A stretch of 64,000 nucleotides of DNA from Candidatus Bathyarchaeota archaeon. Its GTDB lineage: Archaea > Thermoproteota > Bathyarchaeia > Bathyarchaeales > Bathycorpusculaceae. The stretch lies in the NCBI GenBank assembly GCA_963806535.1, contig CAWDYC010000005.1, forward strand, positions 192,001 to 256,000, written 5' to 3'. The notes below the pieces were generated by a model. It did not search any database. It worked only from the letters and a program-made list of their open reading frames with translations, and was not told the origin of the DNA. Position 1 is the first letter of the stretch. Each line of letters starts with the position of its first letter. Both the position numbers and the translations under genes were made by a program. Positions 48,443 to 58,811 of the stretch are shown here, piece after piece.

Positions 48443-49060
48443 TTACTCATTCCATTCAGGTTCAGGACGTTTGAAATCCCTATTTACACCAATCAAATAT
48501 CCAAGGATCCCACCTATCGCCGGAGCAACAACAAGTAATGCAAAAGCAAAATACAATCCATCTCCAAAAAAGAATCCGGGAGAATTAAAGAAGAGTCTGG
48601 AAAAAATTGTGAAAAATGCGCTGAGGAAGAAAAAAGCAGAGAATCCCCCAGCAGCTCCAGCAAGAGTATACGTAATTTTGCGGTTTTGGTAGGCTTGTTT
48701 GCTGTGAAATTTTTCATCAATTTTTTCTTTGTAATCTGCGGCTTTTATTTCGGGGTAAGCTATCATTTCGGTTACTGCGTCAAGTCCCCTTTCGGTAAGT
48801 ACGTATTGTTCGCCTGTCTTTTTTTCGACTCCTTGCTCATTTAACAAATATTCGTCTTCTGTTTTTGAAACTAAATCGCCCAGAACCTTCAATTGGTTGA
48901 GAACTAGCTGCTGGTCATCGACTTTGAGCTCTTTCATCAAAGTGTCAAGGCTCAAGCCATTGTGCTCCCCAAGTTTTAGCAATATTTTTTGTCGGAAAGG
49001 ATCGCTTAAGAGTTTATTCAACTCAGCAAGCTTGTCATCGCTCATGCTAACTTGATACAT
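48443..49060 (-). CDS. ArsR-like winged-helix protein with two C-terminal TM helices
   Basis: LSDPFRQKILLKL...QLKVLGDLV...YVLTERG then 2 TM. Confidence 0.8.
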   Translation of the reverse strand: MYQVSMSDDKLAELNKLLSDPFRQKILLKLGEHNGLSLDTLMKELKVDDQQLVLNQLKVLGDLVSKTEDEYLLNEQGVEKKTGEQYVLTERGLDAVTEMIAYPEIKAADYKEKIDEKFHSKQAYQNRKITYTLAGAAGGFSAFFFLSAFFTIFSRLFFNSPGFFFGDGLYFAFALLVVAPAIGGILGYLIGVNRDFKRPEPEWNE

Positions 49061-49154
49061 ATCACTTAAGATTTTAGCTTTTCCCGAAGGTAATGCGTAT
49101 GCTAAAAACGAGCCTTAGCAATTTTAAATAAGGACGAAACAGAACGGTTTGTAG

Positions 49155-50864
49155 ATGATTCCTTTGCCTGAAAAAGTTTTAGTCACATCCGCTTGGCCAT
49201 ACATTAACGTCACACCGCACCTTGGCAACCTTGTCGGCTCTGTCCTATCTGCCGATGTCACAGCAAGATATTACAGGCTAAAAGGCGACGAGACATTGAT
49301 GGTTAGCGGTTCAGACACGCATGGTACACCCATCGAGGTGGAAGCGATTAAGCAAGGTATTTCGCCTAAAGAATTAACGGATCGCAACCATGCCAGAGTA
49401 GCTGAGCTTTTTCGCCGATGGGGCGCTTCCTTTGATAATTACACAAGCACCGAAAGTCCCATTCACAAAGAGTTTGTACAAAAAACCCTGTTGGAAATCG
49501 AGAAGAACGGCTACATTTTCGACAAGGAAACCCAGATGCTCTACTGCGAGCATGACCAACGCTTCTTACCAGACCGTTTTGTAGAGGGTAAATGTCCATA
49601 TTGTGGTTGCGAAAAAGCGCGCGGCGATCAATGCGACCTGTGCGGCAGGCTACTTGAACCAACAGCGCTGGTTGAGCCATACTGCGTAATATGCAAAAAT
49701 AAGCCCACAATTAAAACTACCCGACATTGGTACATTGACCTCTCAAAACTATCAGAACCGTTAACAGAATACCTAAAAAATAACCAGCAGTTACCGGTCA
49801 ACGTCAAAAACTTCAGCCTGAACTGGATTAAAGAAGGCTTAAAACCACGAGCAGTCACCCGTGACGTTGAATGGGGAATTCCTGCACCTTTCAAAGGGGC
49901 AGAGGGCAAAACCATCTACGTTTGGGTTGACGCCGTCTTAGGTTACATTTCAGCAACGATAGAGCAATCGGAACGAATGGGGCAACCCGAGTTGTGGCGT
50001 GAATTCTGGTTTAACAAGCAAGCCAAAACTCTATATTTCGTGGGCAAAGACAACATTCCCTTTCACACAATAATTCTCCCAGCGTTGCTGTTGGCTTCAA
50101 GGCAAGGCTATAATTTGCCGTGGAATGTTTCAGCAACCGAATTTCTACAGTTTAAAGGGCAAAAAGCTTCCAAAAGTCAACGTGTCGGCATCTGGATAGA
50201 CGAAGCATTAGAAATGTTCCCCGTTGATTACTGGCGCTTTTTCCTAATAGCTACAAGACCGGAAAGCAAAGACACCAACTTCACATGGAGTGCCTTCATA
50301 GATAAAATAAACGCTGACCTCAACGACACCTTCGGCAATTTCATCCACCGCACTCTGTCATTCATAAACAGCAAATTTGATGGACAAATTCCAGCACCAA
50401 CCAAACTTGAAAAAGACGATGAGGCAATACTGCAAGCGGTGAAAGAAAAGGTTAACCAAGCTGCTAAAGAAATCGAAGATTCATGGCTGCAATCCGCCGC
50501 CAACACACTTATCGGTATAAGCCGAATCGGCAACCAATACCTCAATGACAAAGAGCCATGGAACCTAATGAAAACCGACAAAGAAAAAGCTGGAACCATC
50601 TTCTACGTTACAGCGCAAGTTGTGAAAGCCATCGCGGTTGTATCAGCACCTTTTATCCCAGACACTGCTGAGCAGCTTTGGCAAACACTCAGCCTCCAGG
50701 GAAGTGCAGCTAAAACTAATTGGAACGAAGCCTTAGTTCCTCTTGAAGCTGGACATAAAATAGCCAATCCAAAACCACTATTTCACAAAATTGACTCTGA
50801 CGAAGCAAAACTGGAAGACCAGTTAGCTCAAATTAGGGCTAAACTTGGAAGCCAGCCGAAATAG
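49155..50864 (+). CDS. metG: methionyl-tRNA synthetase
   Basis: SAWPYIN..HLGN, SGSDTHG, Zn knuckles, YVWVDA, GKDNIPFH, KASKS. Confidence 0.96.
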   Translation: MIPLPEKVLVTSAWPYINVTPHLGNLVGSVLSADVTARYYRLKGDETLMVSGSDTHGTPIEVEAIKQGISPKELTDRNHARVAELFRRWGASFDNYTSTESPIHKEFVQKTLLEIEKNGYIFDKETQMLYCEHDQRFLPDRFVEGKCPYCGCEKARGDQCDLCGRLLEPTALVEPYCVICKNKPTIKTTRHWYIDLSKLSEPLTEYLKNNQQLPVNVKNFSLNWIKEGLKPRAVTRDVEWGIPAPFKGAEGKTIYVWVDAVLGYISATIEQSERMGQPELWREFWFNKQAKTLYFVGKDNIPFHTIILPALLLASRQGYNLPWNVSATEFLQFKGQKASKSQRVGIWIDEALEMFPVDYWRFFLIATRPESKDTNFTWSAFIDKINADLNDTFGNFIHRTLSFINSKFDGQIPAPTKLEKDDEAILQAVKEKVNQAAKEIEDSWLQSAANTLIGISRIGNQYLNDKEPWNLMKTDKEKAGTIFYVTAQVVKAIAVVSAPFIPDTAEQLWQTLSLQGSAAKTNWNEALVPLEAGHKIANPKPLFHKIDSDEAKLEDQLAQIRAKLGSQPK

Positions 50865-50879
50865 AAAAGGGGTCGATTA

Positions 50880-51530
50880 ATGCGAATTATCGCTGATCTT
50901 CACGTACACACAACGTACTCAAAAGATTCTTTGATTACGCCAAAAGACCTTGTTTACTATGCCAAAAAACGAGGTTTGAATGCAGTAGCTGTCACAGACC
51001 ATAATCAGTTAGATGGCGCCTACAAAATAGCTAAAGAAACAGATTTCTTGATTATTCCAGGCATGGAAATCTCCAGCGCTGACGGACATATCGTTGCACT
51101 CAACGTTCATGAACTCATCCCACGAGGCTTAAGCGCTCCCGAAACAGTCAAGCGAATTCATAAAGCAGGCGGAGTGGCAATTGCCTGTCACCCCTACGTA
51201 TACTTCAAAGGATGCCTAAAAGAAAACGTCTGCAGCACCTTTGACGCTGTGGAAGTTATAAATTCTCGAGCTTTCCCCTTCAAACGTAGCGTAAAGAAAG
51301 CGGAGGAAACTGCTAAGAAGCTTGGGCTTGTGCGGGTGGCGGGCACTGACTCGCATTATGGTCCACAAATAGGTTATGCTTACACAATTATTGAGGCACC
51401 AGAGCCAAGTGTTGAAGCTATCGCCAAAGCCATAGTTGAGGGCAATTGCCAGCCTTTCGGAAAAGCTGTGCCCGTTACTTTAAATGTTCTGCTAGAGATC
51501 CATAGAGTCATAAGGATGATTAAAAAGTAG
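50880..51530 (+). CDS. PHP-domain phosphoesterase
   Basis: DLHVHT, AVTDHN, PGMEIS, CHP, GTDSH. Confidence 0.92.
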   Translation: MRIIADLHVHTTYSKDSLITPKDLVYYAKKRGLNAVAVTDHNQLDGAYKIAKETDFLIIPGMEISSADGHIVALNVHELIPRGLSAPETVKRIHKAGGVAIACHPYVYFKGCLKENVCSTFDAVEVINSRAFPFKRSVKKAEETAKKLGLVRVAGTDSHYGPQIGYAYTIIEAPEPSVEAIAKAIVEGNCQPFGKAVPVTLNVLLEIHRVIRMIKK

Positions 51531-51550
51531 GCTATAAATAAAAAGCGTAA

Positions 51551-53020
51551 TTATGGCTTTGTCGTTTTGAACCTTATGTTTTGCAGTTGGCATATTTTCT
51601 TAATTGTGTTTCGACCTTGTGCAGCGCATCCTGGTAATCCAGCTGCGCCCCCAACGAGGTAGAAACTCTTGAGCCCAGGCAAATTTTTTGGTTGTGACCT
51701 TATGAAAGATAAAGTTCCAAACAACCCCCAATTCACCTCAAATTGTGGTCCTACTCCAGTATATCGTTCTGTAGTCATGGGAGTTGCGACATCTGTTACT
51801 TCTACTTGCTCCTGTATTCCTGGAAAACGCTTTTCCAATGCTTTCAAAACTGTTGCCGCTATCTTTTGCTTTTCCGCTGCGTAGCGCTCGGGGTTTGTGT
51901 GCAGTTCCTTCCAATAGTTGTAGCTGGTCTTGATGAGTACTTTGAGGACTGACTTGCCAGCAGGTGCGAGGGTCTGGTCGTAGCCGAAGAGTTCTAAATC
52001 CAATTTTGTGCGCTGTTCATTAGCTATGTTTATTGGTTCTTTCAAGAAAAGTACTAGCGCCCTTGGTTCCCTTGACAAGTCTCTTGATAATCCAAAAGAT
52101 ACGTGAACGCCCATTTCAATTTCATCCTTCGGCTTGGCGTATTGAGCCTTAATCTTATCGTCAAGATATTTTCCTTCAGTTAGATTGAAAACTGTGGAGT
52201 AGCCAAAGGCATCGGAAATTATGACATCAGCGCGGTGTTCATTGCCGTTTGTGAGTTTCACACCGACTGCTTGGTTATTTTCAACAAGAATCTTCTCCAC
52301 TTGAGAGGTGTAATTTACAACTCCGTTTAGCCTACGGTACCGTTGCTCAATCGCGCGTGAAAACTCCAGCGAGCCTCCTTCAGGTGAGCCATAGTTGTGG
52401 GAATAGCAGTTGCCTATCATGTTAAGGTGAACAAAAAATGGGGTGTCTACCCAATCATATTGAATGGTAGGAAATGTTTTTCGCATGTAAGGATTCTTAA
52501 ACTTCAATGCAAACTTTGCCATCGGTATTTGCCACTTCATTAGTCCCATCATTTTTAAGAATCGTTTGGCAAAGCCAGTGCTTGTTAAAAGTGGCGTGTC
52601 AAGAAAATCCATGTTCACGAATGTTTTGCAGGATTTAATATAATTGTTGATTGTATCTTTGTCTTCGGGTGCAAGTTCCAGCATGTGCTGTTGTAACCGC
52701 TCAAGGTCGATGTATACCATGAATCGTTTGCCAGCTTCATCTTCTACCTGACACATATCTTCTGGAAAAATTATTTTGCGAGTTGGCAAAGCCCCAAGTT
52801 CTTCCCACATATTATAAAGTAATGCTCCCGGTTTGCAGCCTGCCAAGTGGTGGATGCAACCGTCGAAGGTGAATCCCTCTCTTTTCCACGCTGTGCATTG
52901 TCCGCCCGGGAGATTGTGCATTTCAAAAATTTGAGTATCCAAACCATTCATTTGGGCATAACAGCCCGCTGATAATCCTCCGATTCCAGCACCAATAATA
53001 ATCGCGCTTTTGCTAGACAA
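51551..53020 (-). CDS. FAD-dependent oxidoreductase, phytoene dehydrogenase-like
   Basis: IIGAGIGG, PGGQCTAWKREGFTFDG, DVATPMTTERYT. Confidence 0.9.
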   Translation of the reverse strand: MSSKSAIIIGAGIGGLSAGCYAQMNGLDTQIFEMHNLPGGQCTAWKREGFTFDGCIHHLAGCKPGALLYNMWEELGALPTRKIIFPEDMCQVEDEAGKRFMVYIDLERLQQHMLELAPEDKDTINNYIKSCKTFVNMDFLDTPLLTSTGFAKRFLKMMGLMKWQIPMAKFALKFKNPYMRKTFPTIQYDWVDTPFFVHLNMIGNCYSHNYGSPEGGSLEFSRAIEQRYRRLNGVVNYTSQVEKILVENNQAVGVKLTNGNEHRADVIISDAFGYSTVFNLTEGKYLDDKIKAQYAKPKDEIEMGVHVSFGLSRDLSREPRALVLFLKEPINIANEQRTKLDLELFGYDQTLAPAGKSVLKVLIKTSYNYWKELHTNPERYAAEKQKIAATVLKALEKRFPGIQEQVEVTDVATPMTTERYTGVGPQFEVNWGLFGTLSFIRSQPKNLPGLKSFYLVGGAAGLPGCAAQGRNTIKKICQLQNIRFKTTKP

Positions 53021-53081
53021 GAAATACCACAATACGTCTATCGAAAACTTATCAAGTTAACTTTTTCGGTCTCTTTCTGAA

Positions 53082-53771
53082 TTAATTTTTTCTTGCTTTG
53101 CACAAAATAGAAATCCCAAACCAATAATTCACTTTGGACTCTGCTAACAACCATTTTTCAAGAAGTCTTGAAAGCAGTTTTATGTTTGAAACTTTTTCAT
53201 GCGGGTAATCTTTTTTGGAAATTTTAATCGACACGGTAATTGGAAGTGCTAGCAGATTCCAGTGTCTTAATTTTTCGATTCTGAAACCAGAATCTTGCAG
53301 CTTAGATTCAAGTTCTATATTGGAATACCGCCGTTTATGGCCTAAAGCGGCGTCGTGTTTACTAAATAATGATTGATATGCAGGTACATTCACCACAATG
53401 CAGCCGTTAGGTTCCAGCATTTCACGGATTTTCCTCATAGCTAATTTGTCATCTTCAATGTGTTCTAGGACGTCGCCAAGGATTACGCAATCAAATTTTT
53501 CTTGGGTTTGCCATGTATTTATGTCGGCAACAAATCCGTTAATTCCTTTCTTTTTTGCAATCTCAATTGCTTTACTGTCATTGTCAATTACCGTTACATT
53601 GTAGCCCTTCGTTAGCAAGGTTTTGGATAGAAGACCAGACCCGCATCCAACATCTAAGACTTTTTTGCCTTCGACTAGCTTCAAAATTAGTTTTACCTTG
53701 ACTTTGCTCCAAAAATCTGATTCTTCAAAACGCTCTAAGTCTTCTGCGTGACTATGTAGGTTTTCACCCAT
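53082..53771 (-). CDS. class I SAM methyltransferase (glycan-cluster type)
   Basis: LDVGCGSG, DVLEHIEDD, VPAY...HD..LGHKRRY. Confidence 0.9.
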   Translation of the reverse strand: MGENLHSHAEDLERFEESDFWSKVKVKLILKLVEGKKVLDVGCGSGLLSKTLLTKGYNVTVIDNDSKAIEIAKKKGINGFVADINTWQTQEKFDCVILGDVLEHIEDDKLAMRKIREMLEPNGCIVVNVPAYQSLFSKHDAALGHKRRYSNIELESKLQDSGFRIEKLRHWNLLALPITVSIKISKKDYPHEKVSNIKLLSRLLEKWLLAESKVNYWFGISILCKARKN

Positions 53772-54442
53772 AATCTGAGTACCCCCCTGCCCATCTTTAA
53801 TGTATCTTGAAAAAGGCTAAGCTTTGAATCGGGCTTGTAACTCCAAGTTACAGGTATCTCTCTTATTTCGTACCCTGCTCTCTTACATCTGAACAAAAGT
53901 TCTGCATCAAATTCAAAGCCATTACTTTCCACGCTGGATAGAACTTTTTCTAAAACTTCTTTTTTGAACGCCTTACAGCCGCATTGAGTATCCTTCACAT
54001 TAAGATTGAATAAAGCATTGAATATTCTTGAAAAGGCTTTACCAGCGAAAACTCTTGCAAGCGGAGGATAAACCAAGATTTTTGTATCCTTGAGTTCTCT
54101 TGAAGCAACCGCAACATCAACTTGCCTAACATAAGTGGCAACTTTTTCAACGTCTGACACTGGCACAGGCAAGTCTGAATCAAGAAGCATCACAATTTGT
54201 CCATGAGCTTGTGTTACACCTTTCTTGAAAGCCCCTCCTTTACCCAGCCTTTTGCTTGATGTTAAAAGCTTGATGATTGCCGAGTTTTTGGAGAATTCTG
54301 TGACAATATCGTCTGTTTTATCGTTGCTTTCTGATACAACTAAAATTTCGCAGGAACCATCAAACCGCGCAACCAAGCTCTCCAACGTGCTCTTGATTCT
54401 TTTTTCCTCGTTGTACGCTGGTATTACGATTGATAACTTCAT
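53735..54442 (-). CDS. GT2 dolichyl-phosphate hexosyltransferase (ALG5/DPM1-like)
   Basis: IPAYNEE, GKGGA, DSD, DTQCGCK, FEFDAE. Confidence 0.92.
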   Translation of the reverse strand: MKLSIVIPAYNEEKRIKSTLESLVARFDGSCEILVVSESNDKTDDIVTEFSKNSAIIKLLTSSKRLGKGGAFKKGVTQAHGQIVMLLDSDLPVPVSDVEKVATYVRQVDVAVASRELKDTKILVYPPLARVFAGKAFSRIFNALFNLNVKDTQCGCKAFKKEVLEKVLSSVESNGFEFDAELLFRCKRAGYEIREIPVTWSYKPDSKLSLFQDTLKMGRGVLRLWVKTYIVTQKT

Positions 54443-54690
54443 TTAGCGTTTGCCATCCATCCAGAGCATATTTTTGGGTGAGCTTATTTCATAACATTTT
54501 AAGCTGCTACCATATGTCTCTTTGGGTAAAAACGGCTATAGCCAAGAAATTGCCTTGTTGGCGAAGTAGAATCTTAATAGGTTTCATTTGACTTCAGCTC
54601 ATTGCTTTTGCGGTAAAAATTATTGAATTTTAACAAACGCTTTTTTATTATGACTGAATTAATGCTTGTCTAAGAGGAGAGAGGCTCAAC

Positions 54691-56349
54691 ATAAAACAAT
54701 CAAGCGCATTCCCCGATGCAACGCAGCCGTTAGCTGACGCCTCCGCAGCGTCGCGGCTAAAGCTTGCGGCTAAAACGCATAAGTGGCGGCTGGCTTTCCT
54801 TGTTTTCATTGTAGTTTACGTTGTTTTTCTTTTGTGGAATTTAGGGTGTATGTCGCTTCAATGGGACGAAATGCCTCACCTGTACGGCGGCTTGCTGTTA
54901 ACCCGGGGACAAACAAATCTCTACATGACAACTTATGGCTATTACCCGCCACTGTTCGACTTGATAACAACTGGGTACCTGGAAATTTTCGGCATGACCT
55001 CCATAGCAGGCAGGCTCGTTTCAGTTACATTTGCAGTGCTCGCCGTCTGGGTAGTGTTCGAACTTTCAAACAAAATGTATGGACCCAAAAACGCCTTGTT
55101 AGCAAGTATTTTGCTCGGTACAATGCCCGGGTTCTTTTGGGTTTCAAGAGTAACTATGCTAGAAACAATACTCATTTTCTTTTTCACATTAGTGATGTTT
55201 TTCTTTTATTCCTGGATAACCAATAACAGTTACAAAGCGCTTTTTTTCACTGGCTTAACTTTAGGCATAGGAATTCTTGCAAAATATGAGATTTTAATTG
55301 CAGCCTTAGCAATGTTAACAACTGTTTTGTTGCTTTTGCGCAAACGTCTAAAGATTAGCCTAGCAAAGGTTATCGTAATTGTTGTAATTGCTGTTTTGGT
55401 TGCGGCTCCATGGTTTCTAATGGTTTATCAACTTAACGGTATGACAAAGTTTCAAACTGTCGGTTATGTGATGCAAAGCGGTGCTGAAAATCGACTGGAA
55501 TACAGCAACCGATTTTTTGCGCCTGTTTTCTACTTAATTGAAATAACCTGGCCCTACAACTACGCCCCGGTTCATCCAGTCTCGTTGCCAATCGTCATTT
55601 TAGGCTTGTGCGGCTTAGGGCTTTTTGCTTATCGCCGCAAAAAAGAGGACCTTTTCCTGCTAACTTGGTTCATAGTAGTTTACCTTTTCTTCACCGCGAT
55701 TCCAAACAAGCAGTGGAGATATGTAGACCCGTTCTTTCCCATCTTGGCGATTTCAGCCGCTAGCTTCATCTTTTTCCTCTACGGTAGAGTTCGCGCATGG
55801 AAACCTCGACTAATTGGTGCCAGTGATGTTAGAGCTAAGAAACTTGCTTCAGTCATTTTCATTGTAGTTATTGCTTCTACGATTGCTTATGCTAGTTATG
55901 ATTCCTACCTTATGACTGGAAGAGACCAAATCCACATTCCTATCGATGAAGCAACAAACTATTTGGCTCATCACCTTGACCAAAATCAATCAGCGGTGTT
56001 GGTTTGCGCTTCCAACCTTTTGGATCAAGATATGTTTAGGTTTTATTTGCCTGCAAACATGTCAAAAGACCAGGTTTGGCAGTACCCTGAGCTAGCAGTT
56101 GATGCTTTCACTCCTAACTTTAACATAACAGAATTCGTCCTTCTTTGCCAGCAACATAATGTAAAATACATTATACTTTTTGACTATGGACCTCACACGT
56201 TGTTTTTCAACTCTACTATGGATTACCAGCAGGTTCAGACTTTGATTTACAATACTGGACGATTTGATGTTCCTACAGATCGCCCATTCTTCGGGGATTT
56301 TGCTAACAACAAAGGATACAGACTCTTTCTCGTTCGCTTCCTAGGTTAA
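54691..56349 (+). CDS. GT39/ArnT-like membrane glycosyltransferase (GT-C)
   Basis: QWDE..H, YYPPL, GRL.S, LAKY, RY..P. Frame is open 47 codons upstream of TTG 54832 and includes TM1, so a probable ATA start at 54691. Confidence 0.85.
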   Translation: MKQSSAFPDATQPLADASAASRLKLAAKTHKWRLAFLVFIVVYVVFLLWNLGCMSLQWDEMPHLYGGLLLTRGQTNLYMTTYGYYPPLFDLITTGYLEIFGMTSIAGRLVSVTFAVLAVWVVFELSNKMYGPKNALLASILLGTMPGFFWVSRVTMLETILIFFFTLVMFFFYSWITNNSYKALFFTGLTLGIGILAKYEILIAALAMLTTVLLLLRKRLKISLAKVIVIVVIAVLVAAPWFLMVYQLNGMTKFQTVGYVMQSGAENRLEYSNRFFAPVFYLIEITWPYNYAPVHPVSLPIVILGLCGLGLFAYRRKKEDLFLLTWFIVVYLFFTAIPNKQWRYVDPFFPILAISAASFIFFLYGRVRAWKPRLIGASDVRAKKLASVIFIVVIASTIAYASYDSYLMTGRDQIHIPIDEATNYLAHHLDQNQSAVLVCASNLLDQDMFRFYLPANMSKDQVWQYPELAVDAFTPNFNITEFVLLCQQHNVKYIILFDYGPHTLFFNSTMDYQQVQTLIYNTGRFDVPTDRPFFGDFANNKGYRLFLVRFLG

Positions 56350-56354
56350 AGAGG

Positions 56355-56801
56355 CTAAATTAAGTCTAAAACTTCAAAACTGCTTTCTTTATTTTTTGCC
56401 CTTTTAGCAGTAGAACCAGTCAACTCCAAAATGACGACTTCGCCTATTAGCCAAATATTAACTCCCATTCGCACGCAACCTGTAACTGCTGTCTCATTTC
56501 TTCCAAAACTTGCATGCATGTGAAGTTTTGGTTTGCCTTGTTCGTTGGCGAATATGGTTCCTACACCGCAGGCTTCATGTACACCCTTCAAAAGAGTTAC
56601 CATAGGGTCAATAGTGCATCCTTTTCCCTCTTTTGGTCCAACAACAACTTTGCTTTTGTCTTCTGCGCCGCCTAAAAAGAAGCATAGCGCGCTGGAAACC
56701 TTTTTTTCAGCTGCAAATTTCTCGACAACTTCATCGAGACGCTCGTCTTGGTGAAGTCTGAGTATGAAGATTCTTCCGAGTTTTGCTTCAGTAAAGTCCA
56801 A
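56355..56801 (-). CDS. PPC/DUF296 domain protein
   Basis: GRIFILRL, GVGTI, LHMHASFG. Confidence 0.88.
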   Translation of the reverse strand: MDFTEAKLGRIFILRLHQDERLDEVVEKFAAEKKVSSALCFFLGGAEDKSKVVVGPKEGKGCTIDPMVTLLKGVHEACGVGTIFANEQGKPKLHMHASFGRNETAVTGCVRMGVNIWLIGEVVILELTGSTAKRAKNKESSFEVLDLI

Positions 56802-56869
56802 TTTTTAATCCTTCTTTTGATTGAAAATTGGCTATTAGTATTAAAGTTTCCCTTTTTATTTTATTTCGG

Positions 56870-58255
56870 TTAACGTTTTTCTGTCTCAATCGAACGTTTT
56901 GCTGGTTTAGATAATGAATTAAAAACACTCTGGAGTTTGCGTCTGCTTAACCATAGAAATCCAGAGAGCAAAACTGCGAATCCCAAATATTGAAGGTTCA
57001 TTAGAAAGCTGTTTTGACTGATTGGTGCATGATTGAAAAGGGAGTAGCCAACGGCTTGATCCATTGTCACTCTGAAAAGCAAATAGTCCGATGTGGACAG
57101 TTGATGAGCCGAAATCATATTGGCAAAAATGGTTGCCGCTAACAGAAGGATTCCAACAATAACTATGGTGAAGATCAGTTTTCTGTTAAGTTTAGTTTTT
57201 ACTAAGCTCATTCGTGAAATACTTTTACTTACTATTGACGCTGCGATCAAGCAGAAGAAAGGCAACGCTAAATAATCATATTTGATGGCGTTGTTGTAGG
57301 GTGCTTTAAGATTTAGCCCCACTCCTAAAATCATATCAAGGATTAAAATAGGGAGAATCGTTGCCAAACAAATAAGGTCGAATCGAAATGTCTTTGGTAA
57401 TTCTTTTCTGAATGTAACAAGCAAAAGCAACGAAAACGCTGTTGCAACTACAAAGAAGGCACCTAAACCATAATTCCATAGAAAAACCCCGACGAACGAG
57501 TATGACAATTTAACTCCAGTATAATTAAGATCACTGAAATCACTGTGCTGAAACATGTAGAACAAGTTTTTTCCTAAAATTACTTGATACCAGAACAAAG
57601 AAGACAATAGTGCAGGTAACAAGAAAGCTGTTACTTGGTTGAGAAACAGCTTGACCTCTTTTGGTTTTGAGTAAAAAAGAAAGAGGAATAGTGGGATAAG
57701 CATAAAGGCAGCAAAATACTTTGTCAGCAACGCTGCTGCAAATAGAATACCCGAAATCAAAGAAAGCTTAACTGACCCTCTTCGGACAGCTAAGACTCCA
57801 GCGTATAAACAAAGAAGGCTAAAGAATAAGCATTGTGCGTCTATCAAAAAGCTTCTTGATAGCACGAGTTCCCATGGGCTTAATGCAAAAAGTGCAGCCG
57901 CCACGAGCCCTGTAGGTTTACTGTATAATTCTTTACCGATTTTATAGATAATAACCGTGCTTCCGAGCCCAAGTAGTGTTACAAGAATTGTGCCGTTATA
58001 AACCGATGCGCCTACGCCTTTGAAAAATAATCCTTCGATGTAGAAGCCCAATGGAGGCTGATTAATTATATTACCGATACTATTAACATAAGGCATTCCC
58101 CATTTCAAAACGCCTTTTGCAGCTGCAAATTCCCAGTCAGTATCCCCATTTTGAAAAGGCCCTATTGAAAGCGAAATAAACGTAATTCCGATTAGGATGC
58201 TTAAAAGCGGGTAATTTTCGCTTAGTAGTTTTTTAACGTCATCCTTGACAAACAT
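56870..58255 (-). CDS. GT39/ArnT-like membrane glycosyltransferase (GT-C)
   Basis: NQPPL, SRSFLID, ALLTKY, many TM. Confidence 0.85.
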   Translation of the reverse strand: MFVKDDVKKLLSENYPLLSILIGITFISLSIGPFQNGDTDWEFAAAKGVLKWGMPYVNSIGNIINQPPLGFYIEGLFFKGVGASVYNGTILVTLLGLGSTVIIYKIGKELYSKPTGLVAAALFALSPWELVLSRSFLIDAQCLFFSLLCLYAGVLAVRRGSVKLSLISGILFAAALLTKYFAAFMLIPLFLFLFYSKPKEVKLFLNQVTAFLLPALLSSLFWYQVILGKNLFYMFQHSDFSDLNYTGVKLSYSFVGVFLWNYGLGAFFVVATAFSLLLLVTFRKELPKTFRFDLICLATILPILILDMILGVGLNLKAPYNNAIKYDYLALPFFCLIAASIVSKSISRMSLVKTKLNRKLIFTIVIVGILLLAATIFANMISAHQLSTSDYLLFRVTMDQAVGYSLFNHAPISQNSFLMNLQYLGFAVLLSGFLWLSRRKLQSVFNSLSKPAKRSIETEKR

Positions 58256-58422
58256 AAATACTCATTTTAGCGGAACCATTTATCTTCAAAGGGTTTCTTG
58301 TTATCATCTTTGAATACACTTTGAGTATAAAACTTTCCATTTAGCCTTTTATTTCTAATGATGCCCTCTAGTGCAGTTTAAAAAAATGTTGAGTCGGAAA
58401 AAAAACCGTTAACAACAGTTGA

Positions 58423-58608
58423 TTATATTCTGTTTATGTAGAGAATCTTTTTTGCATCTTCTTTTCGTTTTTGCTTAGGCACATTTAATGAGCTGTCACT
58501 TGTTGTGATAACTGCGTTGTCTGCAGTTATCTGACAGTTTGAAGAGTGCCTTGCTTGTTTTTTCTGAGCCATGTTTTTCAACTTCTTGAAGAGTCCAGTG
58601 AGTATCAC
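58423..58608 (-). CDS. possible small basic protein
   Basis: Only ORF in an AT-rich gap, no motif. Confidence 0.3.
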   Translation of the reverse strand: MILTGLFKKLKNMAQKKQARHSSNCQITADNAVITTSDSSLNVPKQKRKEDAKKILYINRI

Positions 58609-58811
58609 TATAGGCTTATAAATCTTATCCCGATTTTAAACGCCACTTTTTGAATCAATTAGTTTATTTCTAGACAAAAATATGAGCGGCAATTGATTGC
58701 GTTTAAACAGCATTTTTTAGTTAAACTTAATCCTAAAAGCGTTAATGCTGAACAATTGAAGTCTAATTTAAAGTCAAAAAACTAGGAAAAAAGTCTTAAC
58801 AATATCGAACG

